A DNA stretch of 64,000 bases, taken from assembly GCF_001194135.2 (NCBI RefSeq), contig NC_068983.1, positions 159,715,917 to 159,779,916 of the forward strand, in the 5' to 3' direction. Shown in pieces: positions 1 to 14,100 of this stretch. Within the stretch, counting starts at the first letter, position 1, and every line of letters begins with the position of its first letter. The position numbers and the translations under genes are program-made. The DNA is from Octopus bimaculoides (taxonomy: Eukaryota). The notes beneath the pieces are model-generated. The model was not told where the DNA came from. It did no database searches and saw only the letters and a program-made list of their open reading frames with translations.

Positions 1-35
<35 letters not shown>

Positions 36-95
36 TATACATACATATATATATATATATACATATATATACATACATACATATACATACATACA
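1..95. repeat. (AT)n/(ACAT)n microsatellite
   Basis: Direct reading of the sequence. Confidence 0.95.
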
Positions 96-117
96 TAACC
101 CTAACCCTAACCCTAAC
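96..117 (+). repeat. Short interstitial telomere-type repeat (TAACCC)3-TAAC
   Basis: taaccctaaccctaaccctaac is the reverse complement of (TTAGGG)n. Confidence 0.85.
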
Positions 118-136
118 ACTTTCAAATTTATCGTAC

Positions 137-198
137 ATCATGCTGATGATCAGAGAAGAGTAGCTTTATACTCTTAACCGTGAAACGTCGTACATGAT
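137..198 (+). ncRNA. Minimal type I hammerhead ribozyme-like motif (PLE type)
   Basis: atcatg-CTGATGA-[helix II containing aagagta/tactctt]-GAAA-cgtcg-TA-catgat. Stem I atcatg/catgat; helix III is the near-palindrome ACGtCGT; cleavage triplet GUA. The base of helix II is mismatched. Confidence 0.6.
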
Positions 199-469
199 TA
201 ACTAAAGAGAGGTTTGTTTTTGCTTTTCTCTTCTGTTTTTGTTCTGTGTGTGCCGTAAATATCGCCATCCGTTAGAGAAAAAAAAATGTAGTTTGGAATC
301 AGTAGTTCTTTGACTGCTATTTCTAAATTTTCAGTATGTTGGTGAAGCAACTCATGCTGATCCCTATATATTTATGATTTTATATATATATATATATATA
401 TGGTTATATCTCTTATATGTATATTGAAAATATATATATGTGTGTATGTATATATATATGTATATATAC

Positions 470-519
<50 letters not shown>

Positions 520-1212
520 GTGTGTGCGTGTTTGTGTGTGTGTGTATAATATATGTACACAGAGATTCCCATGTTAGAGCTATATATATTCAGATATAAT
601 GATTTTTGTGCCACTGTCATTAAGAGAAAGACAAACTATTCTCACTAACGGTTTGCTGAAATTATTAACTTACTTCAATGTTATAAATAACGTCGATATT
701 ATAATATAAAAACTAAGGTCAAAAGATACTTGTACAATTTATTTCCAAAATAGAATTATTTTGATATACATAAAATGAATTAGTTTGTATCCGCTACGTC
801 TCGTTTAGTGTATAAACATTAAAAAAGTAGAGATAATGAATTCAGTAGAGGTCAAATCAATTTTGAGATGTGTTTGACCAGTGCAACTTAAACCTATTGT
901 TATATAATACTAAAAAGATTTATCCACTTATTCATCATTCTATTTAACTCGATATGAAGATCTGACATTTAAGGAAATAGTTGCAAGAACAAGAATCATA
1001 AACGGAATGATGTCGCTTTAATTCTTGAAGGAAACGAAATTAAGAATTCTGCTCAACGGGATCTTAGAAGCATTCTCTATGATATTCACGACAGGACAAA
1101 TTCATACGAGTAAAAGAATTGATTGTTAAAATAATATTCATAAATTATCAAGCCTAAATGGAAACACACACACACATGTTTACACACACACACACACACT
1201 CACACACACACA

Positions 1213-1284
<72 letters not shown>

Positions 1285-1316
1285 CATATTTATTTATTTT
1301 TTCTTTTACTTTTATT

Positions 1317-1671
1317 TGTTTCAGTCATTTGACTGCGACCATGCTGGAGCACTGCCTTTAGTCGAACAAATCGACCCCAGGATTTATTCTTTGTAAGCAT
1401 GGTACTTATTCAATCGGTTTCTTTTGCTGAATCGCTAAGTTATGGGGACGTAAACATACTAGCATCGGTTGTCAAACGATGGTGGGGGACAAACACAAAC
1501 ACACAAGTACACAGATACGCATATATACGCCGGGCTTCTTTCAGTTTCCGTCTACTAAATCCACTGACAAGGCTTTGATCGGCTAGTGGCTATAGTAGAA
1601 GACACTTGGCCAAAGTGTTTCGCAGTGGGACTGAAACAGGAGACATGTGGTTAGGAAGCAAGCCTCCTACC
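1317..1671 (-). mobile_element. tRNA-derived SINE, family A (common octopod SINE)
   Basis: Reverse strand has a tRNA-like head, the central block aagtgtcttctactatagcc...tagacggaaactgaaagaagccc and tail ...gcagtcaaatgactgaaac. Same family at 10.9, 32.2, 34.1, 62.2 and 64.0 kb. Confidence 0.85.
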
Positions 1672-3138
1672 AGATGAGATCCAAAGACTATCCGTATAAT
1701 AGACACTTAGTAGTGCTCAAAAGATTCAAACTTTGATTCAAACTGCGATGTCTTTATGGGGAATCATTCCACAAGGTAAAGAGCGATTATTAGTGGGATC
1801 AAGTCGAGCGGGTATAGACACAATTATGTAAATAAACAAATTAGACTCATCAAATATATTAGATACGTTAAATACACCAAATACAGAATGTGTATATATG
1901 TATTACATGCAAAACGAGAGAATGGAAAAGGCGGAAACTTTCGATGATGAATTTTTAAGAATAGATAGATGTTTATATTAATAAGTTCAACTTACACAAA
2001 AACAAACTTTTGTACTCTGTCGTTTGTACTCTGTGTAAGTCGGACCTATGAATATAATTATATATATTTATACTTAAAAATTCATAATCCGAAAGTTTCC
2101 GCCTTTTGTTTTTTTCTCTGTTTGCATGTAATACATATATACATATATTTTATTTGATGTATTTAATGTATTTGATATATCTGATGTGTCTAAATTATTT
2201 ATCAGCATAATGGCTTTTTTATGTGCAACGAAAACTTTTGGTGGGACATATGACATGTGTTGGTAAGGGAATCGCGAGAGCTTATTCTCTTGCATGTTCT
2301 TTCCTGATTATAATTAATTCCGTAGAAAAATTGCCTAATGTTTAATATTCGAATGTTCTTTAAAAAAATTATAGTACGTTTTTTCTGAGCTGAGTACATA
2401 AATTTGCTTCGATACAAGATCCAGTCTGTTTTCTCATAACTCTCATAATATGGAGAGGGTAATTAATATCTGAATTGTCTTTCAGTACTTAAAAGACTAT
2501 AGAGAAAGGAAGGTTAGTACCTATGGTCGAGCTTGAGACGAACAGAGTAAACACCTCGCTTTCAGTTAGGTGCTGAAGTCATGCCGTTTCATTTAAGCGA
2601 GCAACACTCTTGTGAGAAGTATTATTCACCTTTCTAAATCTAGGATGTAATATATAATAAAGAAAGAAACAATATTAATGAAGCTGTATCTTTCAACTGA
2701 TAAATTGCTCTGGTAAATTGATGCTAAAAATAAAGATCCGTTAATTGATTAATTATTTCCGTCTCTTTAAGTTTTATAACTTCCTAAGCCATAGTTTAAT
2801 AACGTCTTAGATCAAATATAAAGTAACTGGAAATCTTAAATCACTGTAGCGATTGTATAATCTTCCCAGTGTTTAAATGTATAGATACAGAGATATAAAA
2901 TACTTATACGCGGTAATGCTAGAATTATTTGAATACAAAATCATTAGTCATGATGTATTATTTCAAATTGTAGATGATTATACACTCACACGCATGAATA
3001 ACAAATTACGTCACAACCTACAGCTATATATACAACACATACACNNNNNNNNNNNNNNNNNNNNNNNNNNNNNNNNNNNNNNNNNNNNNNNNNNNNNNNN
3101 NNNNNNNNNNNNNNNNNNNNNNNNNNNTATAATATATA

Positions 3139-3172
<34 letters not shown>

Positions 3173-3284
3173 CAGGTATTTCAGCATAAAATCGAGGCCT
3201 ATGATGCAGAACATAATTCTATTATTGAATTACCGTTCAGGCACTTGACGACTTGTGTCTCAGAAATTCAGAATGAGATGCGCA

Positions 3285-3373
<89 letters not shown>

Positions 3374-3869
3374 GTTTGTCTGTCTGTCTGTCTGTCTGCC
3401 TGCTTGCCTGTCTGCCTGTCTGTCTGTCTGTCTGCCTGTCCGTCTGCCTTTCTGCTTGCCTGTTTGTCTGTCTGTCTGCCTGCCTGCCTGTCTGCCTATC
3501 TCTGTCTCTGTCTCTCGGTATACATACATACATACATACATACATACATACATACAAACATATATGTGCGTGACACAAACATACGTATGTGTGAATTTAA
3601 AATCAAACACCTTTTATTTCCACGTGCTGTTTCGTTTACATACTTTTCTATATCGGTCTAAAATTGAAAGTACACTATTCTATGGAGTAAGTTGCTAAAC
3701 TATACATGGTGAAATATTTTCGTTATATTTGCGGAACCCGTGTCTCTATTACTATTTATTAAAGCTAACAACTGAGTTTGAATTAATCATTATGTTAATT
3801 TAGAAGACGCAGCACAATTAGTACAAAGACTTGATTTGAGGTTGGTTATTATATATTCTGATGCTAAAT

Positions 3870-5386
3870 TATGGTAGTATTAGGCTACACAAAACCAATT
3901 TTCTGTTTTCTTTTTGCGTTTGCACTATTACTTGTGCGCCTGCTATTGGTGACTGAGAAAGAAATTCAGTTTGACGGCAACTGTGCATACGATTAGCAAA
4001 GATTCCGGCATGGAATTTGGGATCAAGAAATGTAGTGTGACGATTATCAAAAATGGGAAAATCAGTAAAAGCCATGAGATCAAACTGGAAAGTGGTGAAA
4101 CTATAAAGGAAGTCGGAGAAGAAGGATATTAGTACTTGGGTATCATGGAAAGATATAATATGAATGAACACAAAATGAAAGAAATGTACAGGAAAGAGTA
4201 TTTGAGGAGAACTCGGCTTGTGCTCTAACCGAAGCTAAATGGCAATTAAAACGTGGGCGGTTGCTTTGATGAGATTTGGGGCAGGAATAGTATCTTGGAA
4301 GAAGCATGAACTACAAGAGATAGACCGGGAAACAAGTGAATTAATGACAATGAACAAGGAACTATACTCCAAGAGTGATGTGTCAAGACTGTATGTAAAA
4401 CGGAAAGAAAGGAGGACGGGTATTGGTGTGTTGTGAAGGTCATGTAAGGAAAGAGAATAGCCTGGCTTGGTATGTCAAGAGGAGTAAAGAAGAAATGATT
4501 GAAGTAGTGAAAATGCAAAGAACCTTAAAAGTGAACGAAGCCGTAGATCCAACACAATTTAAGAAAGGCCAAAGAGAGCAGATGAAGAAAATATAGTCGG
4601 ACGAGAAAACTCACAGCCAGTTCTTGAAGAATAAAGATGAGATTGATTGGAATAGAACATAGCAATGGCTGCAGATAGGAGACTTAAAAGGGCCCACGGA
4701 GGCATTAATGTACAGCGTTTGGGAACAAGCTTTAAGAACAAACTACTCCAAATAACACATTGATAAAAGCACTGACTCGCCACAGTGCAAGATGTGCTCT
4801 GAGAAGGGAGAAAGTATAAGCCATATTGTTAGTGAGTACTGTAAGCTCGCACAACGCAAATACAAAAGGAGACACGACAATGTGGCCAGATATGTTCAAT
4901 AGCTGTTGTGCGGTAAAGCAAACCTCGAGAGGACCGAACGATGGTATGAACATAGGTCAGAGGGAGTAATACATAACGAACATTACAAAATACTCTGGGA
5001 TTTTAACATACAGTGCGATCAAGTCATGGAGGCGAGACGGCCTGCAATACCAGGCGATTCGAGAGTGAAATGTAAGGAAACAGAAAAGAGTGAGAAATAC
5101 CAGCCACTGTGGGAAAAGATAGGAAAGTTAGGGGACATGAAGAAAGTAATGGTGATACCGGTGGTAACCGGAGTATTAGGAGCAATTTCCAAAAGCTTTG
5201 AGAAACATATTAAGAATATTGGAGCAGCTGTCAAGCTTGAAGTGATCCAGAAGACAACATTCTAAAGAGAGTATTGTCTCTTTGAGTCACAGGAGAAGGC
5301 ACTACTTGAAATCTTTGGTGATTTGGTGTTGCCTGATTTCAAGTAAAGAATAGCCGGTAATTAAGAACTATCTGAGAGTCTTTCGG

Positions 5387-5390
<4 letters not shown>
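3870..5390 (+). mobile_element. Decayed R4/Dong-like non-LTR retrotransposon (RT C-terminus, CCHC knuckle, RLE endonuclease)
   Basis: Interrupted frames read KYLGI.., IKTWAVALMRFGAGIVSW..ELQEIDRET, CKMCSEKGESISHIVSE..KLAQRKYKRRHDNVA, KILWDFNIQCD, VIPVVTGVLG. Followed by (CAA)n(TAA)n. Confidence 0.85.
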
Positions 5391-5419
<29 letters not shown>

Positions 5420-5429
5420 AATAATAACG

Positions 5430-5700
5430 AATAGAAAGTGCCAAATAATTGACTTTACAGTCCCAAATAATGAAAACATTAATATGAAACTATGGAAAGT
5501 GCGGGTAAAATGTATCCCAGTGGTTATAGGTTCATTGGGAACTATCTCTAAGATCTGAACGGATGGATAGAGGAAATAGTCATGAAACTCACTTTAGTAC
5601 ATCTTCAGTAAATAGTGTTATTAGGGACAGCTAGCATACTTAGGCCGGTTCTTGGCATCGAAGGTTACTTGTTGTAGCCCGATGTTAGGATTTTTCTTTT
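5430..5700 (+). mobile_element. 3' fragment of a second R4/Dong-like LINE
   Basis: KCQIIDFTVP...LWKVRVKCIPVVIGSLGTISK...LLGTASILRPVL, the RLE C-terminal motif set. Confidence 0.75.
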
Positions 5701-5731
5701 CCAATAGTCTAATATATTGAGTGTATATGAA

Positions 5732-6055
<324 letters not shown>

Positions 6056-7304
6056 TTTCTCATCTCTTAAATATAGAACTGTATGCTATATTTCTAAAGG
6101 AGATTTTACCTGTATTAAGTCAACGTTTATGATTAGAAAATTTCCGAGAGTACTGCCTTTATTGTTACAAAATAAAATATTGATATAACTTATAATTAGC
6201 CATGATTGAATTTCAAATTTCTTTTTCTAGATTTTGTTTAAGGTGTCTACTTGTGTTTAGAATATAATTGATTTCCCCCCGAGATTTGGAAATCAAAATG
6301 TATTCAACTACTTTTCAAGCTACTGATAAATCAATATAACCATACAATTATCCATTTATTAATATTATTCATTGTCATCAATTTCTCAGCGTCTATATGA
6401 GAAACAATTTATCAGTATCTTTTGATATGTCAACATGTGGTATAATTTTTTTTATTTATTTAACCAAAGGTTAGTGTGATAAGCCAATTCATTTTACTTG
6501 CGTTAATAATATCTGTGGAAAAGCCAAGGGCAGTATACGATTTCATTTTTTGTTTCTTCTGTCTAACTTTACAAAGGAAATAAGTAAAACATGGTTTTCT
6601 CATACATATTTATCTATTATAATTAAATTACGTTTTAACTAGTGCATGCAAAATATTAATTAAACGCATTCCATTAAATTCTTTGAGTTTTATTATACAG
6701 CAAAATTTGCTTCTATTTCTACTACATATACTATCATCTCTATTTATGCTACTGTTACTGCTACCATTTCTAACAATTGCACCGTTTCTTCTGCCGCATT
6801 ACTATTTCACTTTGAACAGTGAGCTACCACCCAACAAAGCTCCCACTATAAATAGAAAAGCAAATAACACGGGTTCATGTAGTGAGAATTATTGATTTGC
6901 TTTCTTATAAAAAGAAGCCATAATTATTTGTTTGAAACCTAATTCAATAAATTCTTTTAAAAAGAATTTGAATCAAAATTATAACAAAGGTAAGGTCACT
7001 TAATGAGTAATCGTTCTATACATAAGGTTGGAGGAAAACTTACAAGTGATGTCCATGTTTAATTTATTACTAAATTATTCGCGTATGCCACGTTGAATAT
7101 CCTCTTTGTCAATCGAAAAATATAATTACATCATAAACATCATAAAAATAACTTTCTTTAGCTTCTCAATGCAAAACAGAACTTGAAGGTGGGAATTATA
7201 CACGTGAGGTTATAGAAAAGTGCCAAGGGATATGCAGTTATAAAGGGACCAATTCCAATGTATGTTTTATGAAATACTGAATCTAAAGTAATGAAGTTAT
7301 TATA

Positions 7305-8400
7305 TTAGGATGTAAAGAAAGTCCTGTTACATATTTGACATGATCACTTTGATGTCACGTTTTCAATATCAATGTTTTCATTATTAATTTTTCCCTTCTA
7401 ATTTTTGTTCTTTTGCAGATTACTTTATACCATAGTGGTTAAATCGTATCGATTTTACTGTTTTAAACTTAGTTTAGATCATACCTATAACCTACACTCT
7501 ATGTTGTGTGAATTCAAAAGGAGCCCTTCAGCAGTGGAATCAGCACGAAATATTCATTCTGCCTATAGAAATGAATCTTTACGTTTCTGATCATGCCAAC
7601 GATAGTTTAACCAGTTTAACTCGGGAAATTTTCTCTCTCAAAGTCCCCTGATCTGGTCGACCAAGCACCGTCAGTACTGAGTTTCTGAAAATCGTAGTAG
7701 AAGAAAATACAAAGAAAAAACACTAGAATTATGAAACAGCAAAATTAGTAAAAATTCAAACAACTTCACACGCCAGGGAAAGGGCTGAAACCTGATTAAT
7801 GAGTCCCTTATTATCTTAATCCTCGGCTTAATCAAAGAGATTTCCTCTTGAAAACTTGCTACTGAGTAGAATCCTCAAAAGTGATTGAAAGTAGATTCTC
7901 CATAATTGTGTACAACGAAAACAATTTAGCTTGTACTTAATAAAAATAGGAGAATCCATCTCTAAACCAGGACCACACTCAAAATAAATTATGTCGTGTG
8001 TCTGGTGGGATAGTGCCGTATAAAGCAAAAGCAAAACTGTTGATGCGTGTAAGACTTGTCGTCGATCAGAAGCAGTGCGCGGAAATTTGCAGTAAAAGCA
8101 GACGTCATTGGTCAGTAATAATAGTACTGCTCTTACACAAGAATACAAGGTTGTATGTTGTCCACGTCATTCAGGAAAAGGTTATGGCTCTAAATATTGA
8201 TCTGGTGCCCCATATTCCTAACCTTACACAATCTGACAATCATGTTTTCAAATAAAAGTAAAACAGTTTATTATTGTGAAAAGATTAGAAATGGTACTGA
8301 ATGCTTCTTTGCTTCGAACCCTGAATAATTTTACGGCTAAGGGATCAACAATTCGCCAGATAGATGGATTCTGTTAGCAATAATGTGGCAAATCTTTCTT
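7305..8400 (+). mobile_element. Highly decayed mariner transposon
   Basis: LCEFKRSPSAVESARNIHSAY (mariner N-terminus), LLLHKNTR, PHIPNLTQSDNHVF (degenerate HPPYSPDLAPSDYHLF). TIR-like tattaggatgtaaagaaagtcctg at the start. Confidence 0.65.
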
Positions 8401-9057
8401 CCTAGTGTAATGGGATTCCGTAAGCAGCAGCACAGTAATAACTTAATATATGAATTTGTTAGTCAGATGAGAAAATTTTAATGAAGTTATGCCTTAAACA
8501 GATAGATAAACAGATATAATAAATATCATTAAAAGAAAAGAAACAAACGAATGAAATAAATTAAAAGACGCTTACATTTTATTGTAGTATTATTGGAAAG
8601 ATTATGTCCGCTGGATCGACTATTGTATAAAGTAATCATAGTTTTATCCTTCCCAGCGGTTTGAGAGCAATAATATATCAGAGAATATATATAATATACA
8701 TCGTTTTATTCAAATATTATTTAATAAATAAGTAGGAATAGCATCTAATTGATAATTAATAGCATATTGTTGATAAAACAAAAATAGCGATACTACTATC
8801 TGCGTCAACTAACTGAAATGAATACTTTGCATGGTCGTCTGACCAGCTAGAAGTTCGAGCCATAGCTCTCTTTAAATGACACCTGCCATCTTTCTGAAGG
8901 GTAGTAAGTAGCCATAAGGTGGCAAGCAAATGGCCAAAAGAGAACAAAGAAAAAGAGCAGACTTAAAGCAATTATCTATTTTGTTAGGAGTTACAAGAGA
9001 ATGAAACAATAGTTTAAAGAGAAACCATAAAACGATAAAAACAAAATTTGACTAACT

Positions 9058-9058
9058 A

Positions 9059-9096
<38 letters not shown>

Positions 9097-9097
9097 T

Positions 9098-9166
<69 letters not shown>
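9058..9166. repeat. (ACT)n microsatellite
   Basis: Direct reading. Confidence 0.95.
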
Positions 9167-10874
9167 AAGAGTTGAAATGATAAAAATTAAGAGAAAGGTG
9201 TTTTCTGTCGATTAATAAACTAAACAGGAGAAAGAAGAGAGAAAATGTACGGCAGAATATTGACCATGTAACAGTGATGAAGGCCCGATGTCTCGACAAA
9301 GAGAGATGGGTCGAAGTTTAGCTGCCGAAGGACCATAATTGTTAAAAACTCGCATTTGAGTCCCATCAAGTAAAGAAGGAACATCAACAAGTGTTCCAGC
9401 CTTTATGTACCAACAGTATTTCATATAAAGGTGAATGAATGACTGACAGAAATGAAGAATGTATTCACAGGAAAGAAAAGGTCATATCTGACTAAGGTAT
9501 AGGTCTAATATAATAATTCTGAATAAGATCATTTGAAAAAAACACTTAAAATGGTAGAAGACTCATGAACTATATCCACCATAGAAAGAAGGTGTCATCA
9601 GAGTTCTTGTAATCATTAATGGAAAGAAGTGTAATTAATGCAGTTTAAAGTAGCTTAATATGTCGAACAATCATCGGACATAGGTTAGGAGAATCAACTT
9701 TTTTCACAATATAGAACAAATAATTCAATCAAAAATACAAAGAAATATCATCAGTAAATATAATGAGGTTAGACATGATACCACCCGAAAGTTCATTAAT
9801 AAATAAAATCTAAATTAGAATAAATAATAAAAGCTTGAGAAATAGCAAGTGAAGCAAAGTAGAAGAATGCTAGTCATTTAAAAATATTAATGCAATGTTT
9901 GCGAAAAACCCCCCAAAAAAACTACTAAAGATCTTTCCAGAAATTTCAACAGTTAATTTAATAAAAGTCACAAGATTTGGAGTGGAAGGTGATGTACACA
10001 AACCATATTGTTTATTAGAACATGGAGCGAGTGAGGAAGATGCAAAATAAGAATTTGACTGTTTAAAGAAGAAAAACACATTGCTAACTACAGGAAGGAA
10101 GTTGACTGGGCGATATTTACGAGGACTAGAACGTTTAAAAACGTTTTGTAAGCAAGAATAATAAAGGACCATTACTACAGAGAATATGCATTCTAGAGTA
10201 TGGTATGTCAGAATATAAGATGTGCTTATCATCAATGGAACCGCTATGATTCTAGGTCTGCTCGATTACAACGGAACTGGAAAAAACAAACAAAAATAAT
10301 TAGAACAAACTGAAAATGAAGAATATTTAATTGCAAGTAGCCATTCCACAGGTGATTTCAACACCGCAAACTATTGTAAAGCACCATGTGTAGAAAAGCG
10401 ATCCAAACTATAAAGCAATATTAAGCTTCCCTTAGAATTAATATAATATAACATAATGTTAATATCAAAGGTGCACTTCATGGCAGAACAATTTTGAATA
10501 ATTTACTAATATGGGTGTGAAATTTGTGCTATTAAAGTAAATACAGAATATCAATACAATGGTATACAACTGCATTAACCCGATAACAAAACTGTGTCTC
10601 AGTTACAACTGAGGATAAACTATCCTCTGCAAAGGTCCAGTAAGACCAACATATGGTCGTAGTTGTAGTTTTCACTTGCCTTGTCCACATTCTATTCTTG
10701 TCCTCCACTGCCTTTCTTGACCAAAATAATTTATTAAGTTAATCATCTTTTTCTCGCCGCCACGGGGAAAATTATAATTAATACTTATTTCTTGGCTCAT
10801 ATGTTAAGTATATTAGTATTTTTCTTGCCCTCTTTTATTTTCATGCAGAACACTTTTTCTCCCTCAGTTTGACA

Positions 10875-11031
10875 GGTGCAGTTGTGTGTTAAAGAGTTTG
10901 ATTCCCAACTACATGATTCCGTGTTCAGTCCCAATACCTGAAACCTTAGATGAATGTCTTCTATTATAGCCTTTGGCCGAGCAGAAGCTTGTAAGTAGAA
11001 TTGGTAAACGGAAACTGAAAGAATCTCGTCG

Positions 11032-11066
<35 letters not shown>

Positions 11067-11282
11067 TTGTGTGTGCGTCCTTGTTTCTGTGTTTTTCCCC
11101 CACCACCGCTTGACAACCAGTGTTGGCGTGCTTAGGTTTCCGAAACTTAGTGGTTCGGCAAATGACATCGATTCAATAAGTACCAGGTCTAAAAAAGAAT
11201 GAAGTATTTGGGTCGATTCGTTCGACTAAACTTCTTCAAGGCTGTGTTCCTGCTTGGTTGCAGTCTAATGACTGAAACGAAC
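10875..11282 (+). mobile_element. tRNA-derived SINE, family A, near full length with internal (AT)n
   Basis: Head ...catgattccgtgttcagtccc, central aatgtcttctattatagcctttggccga...acggaaactgaaagaatctcgtcg, tail gcagtctaatgactgaaac. Confidence 0.85.
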
Positions 11283-14046
11283 AAAAGATTTAACCACAGA
11301 AATAAAACCAAAAATAAATCTTTTTTTTTTTTTTAGATATTCGTAATACACAATTTGGAAAAGGAGTGCATTAATCGGTTGAAATGTCCCAAGACTGATA
11401 AAATGCAAAAATAAAAATAAATAAATAAATAAATAAATTACAGCACCATTAAAACTTAGGAGATTGAAGGATGATGCATATAAAAATAAAATAAACTGTG
11501 GTATTTAAACAATCGCTTTAGTTGTAGTGCTAACTCACCGGCTTCAGAACAACAATACAGAATACAACAACAAAAACAACAATTATGGCAATGTTAATAT
11601 TGATTTCTGAATTCTAAATTTTATTGTCAAAATAAATTATAGAAAAGTTACCAACACCTAAGGTAAAGTTCATTTAAGTATAATTTAACTAAATACACGT
11701 ATGTGAATATAATTTCAAAATATAGTGAATTAAATATATTCAATGCAGTCAAATTTATGAAAGAAGCTATATCGACAGAAGATTACTTCGCAATCACGGC
11801 TTAAATCACGTGCTCAGTTCTCTTTGCTTTCACCTCAGCTACAAATATAGGACCTTATAATTCTGAACGGTGAGTTAGACATTCTGACATTTTATTAATA
11901 TTTCCCGGCTTTTCATTCTGGACAATAGAATGCATTTTATTAAGAACCTGATGCCTAGCACTTAGCACTGTACAATGCTTTTCCATACAGCATTTTTTTT
12001 TTACCGCTACCATAATGTAGAAAAATATTTCCAAAATAAGCGCAGTGAACGAAATAAAGACGTCATTGGCATAATTAATTCAGTCAAGAAATTTGTTAAA
12101 CTAACACATATTACAAAAAATTTCGGACTTGATTTGCATTGAGGATAACAGTGGATACAAAAACTCCTTGAAGAGGGGTTTTAAAATTTGCACTGAGCAC
12201 TAAAACTGCATTCATAAATGAAAATGTCATGTCAGTTGATGTATTATATTATGTATTAAGTCAGTTATATATATTGACGTGTAGTCAAAAGAGTGTATCA
12301 AGACTGTTAATTTTTCTTGATGTGGAAGTTATTTCAAAGTATTTCGATAGGGCGGATTTAGTATCTCGTTCAACTATGCCCACTGAAAGCCGTATAGTAT
12401 TGTAAATGTTATCTAGTAATACCTTACTGATAAAAGAGACTCGATATGATAAGATATTAAGAAGGAATGGTAAGTATTATGCTCGATGTATACTTCAAAC
12501 TGTATCTCACTTAAACTAACCACTCGAGAAAAAATATTTGGATGAAAATGATTACATTACTTGTATCAATAATTATTTAACAGATATTTCTTTGTGACTA
12601 AGTAACAGAAAGTAGCAGTCAAAGGACTTATATTCATCCATATTTGTAGCTGAGAATGTATGTGAAGTAGCAGATAGAAAGACAGTTAAAATCAGCGTAA
12701 TAGACTTGAACCGTCATATGTAGCCGTTAGCTTGCTGACGAAGTTGTTGCGATTGCCCATGATCAATTTTATGTGATTCTTGAACATGAGAAAAGGATCA
12801 AAGGTGACACTAGACATTCACAGATCTAGAGACCCTTCAAAGTTAGTTGAAATTGACACTTTGTCTTCAATTTTCGGAAGGAAGACATGTATATGTTCTG
12901 GATTGTTACAAAGTTGCTTGTTTCTCTTCATAATATGATAGTAACTTATTGTAGAAATGCATTACCATTTCCCTTAACTCAGAAATATGTGTCATTTAAT
13001 GAAGACACATATTAATGCGTGTTATTACTCACTAGTCGTTGGTACACATGTTTAAAAAGAAAGGTCCAAACACGTTCCTTTGATTAAGATCAGATGTAAA
13101 ATAAGGAGACTTTCAATATTCATAGCAGTATGCCCCATGTAGATCAACAAACACGAACAATATCATTCTATTTATTTACTAAGACATCCGTAACATATGT
13201 TCTTTGTAGTATTTTTATGTATGTGAAGTCATTTAGCCTTCTGGTATTAAGAACCGTAAACGGTGAACAAACCAAATCATTTAATCTTTTACTGAATCTG
13301 GGCAAAGAAGATTTTTCTGAATGATGTCGGATAGATTTCTCAATGATACTGCCATGATATTAAACAAATTACTGTTAGCCACAAAAACCCCGATTTTGTC
13401 TAAAAAGCATAGCATAATACTAAATACGATTTGAACCGCTGCTGTCTACAGTCAATCTATAATGATACTTGAAGGATTTACCCTTAAAAAAATTCAACAA
13501 ACATAACAATTAGCGATAGCAATATCTCAACTGAGACAGAGATTTGAAAACAATAGCTGCAAGAATAGTTTGTTGCTATACCAAGTTCCGACATCGATAT
13601 ATATAATATCATTTCCTTTCTTTCTCAGAAATGTTTATATCAATATTAAAGAAACCACACACATACAAGCTATCCTCTATACAGAACTTTGTGCATTTTA
13701 CGCAGCAGTCATATGATATCTATTTACACGTCCGGAGAACCTTTGTCGACTGTTAACTGTAAATATCGCCCCCCCATCCCCACGCAGATCTGTTCTCTGC
13801 ATATTTTCCTTGTATTCATCTGCCCACGCTGATGTGACCACTTTTACTCTTCTCTCGTCATCTGACAACAGCGGTACGTAAACTGGTAAGATATCATTTA
13901 ATAAACTGGCCGCTATTTGAATCGATAACTATATCAAACTATATTGTAAACAGGAGACCGCTCTAATGACATTTCCTCATATCAAGTAGCCATATCTGTA
14001 TTTACTAATGTCACAAAGACTACTTAATCACAACATTAACCATACG

Positions 14047-14100
<54 letters not shown>

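Noticed and set aside
6683-6895. Hydrophobic 70-aa ORF / possible exon
   Set aside because: Composition suggests a degenerate (ACT/TAT)-type repeat; TTG start and no recognisable domain.
9430-10300. Purine-rich stretch that may be a decayed retroelement ORF
   Set aside because: I could not recover diagnostic motifs in any frame, so it is left unannotated.
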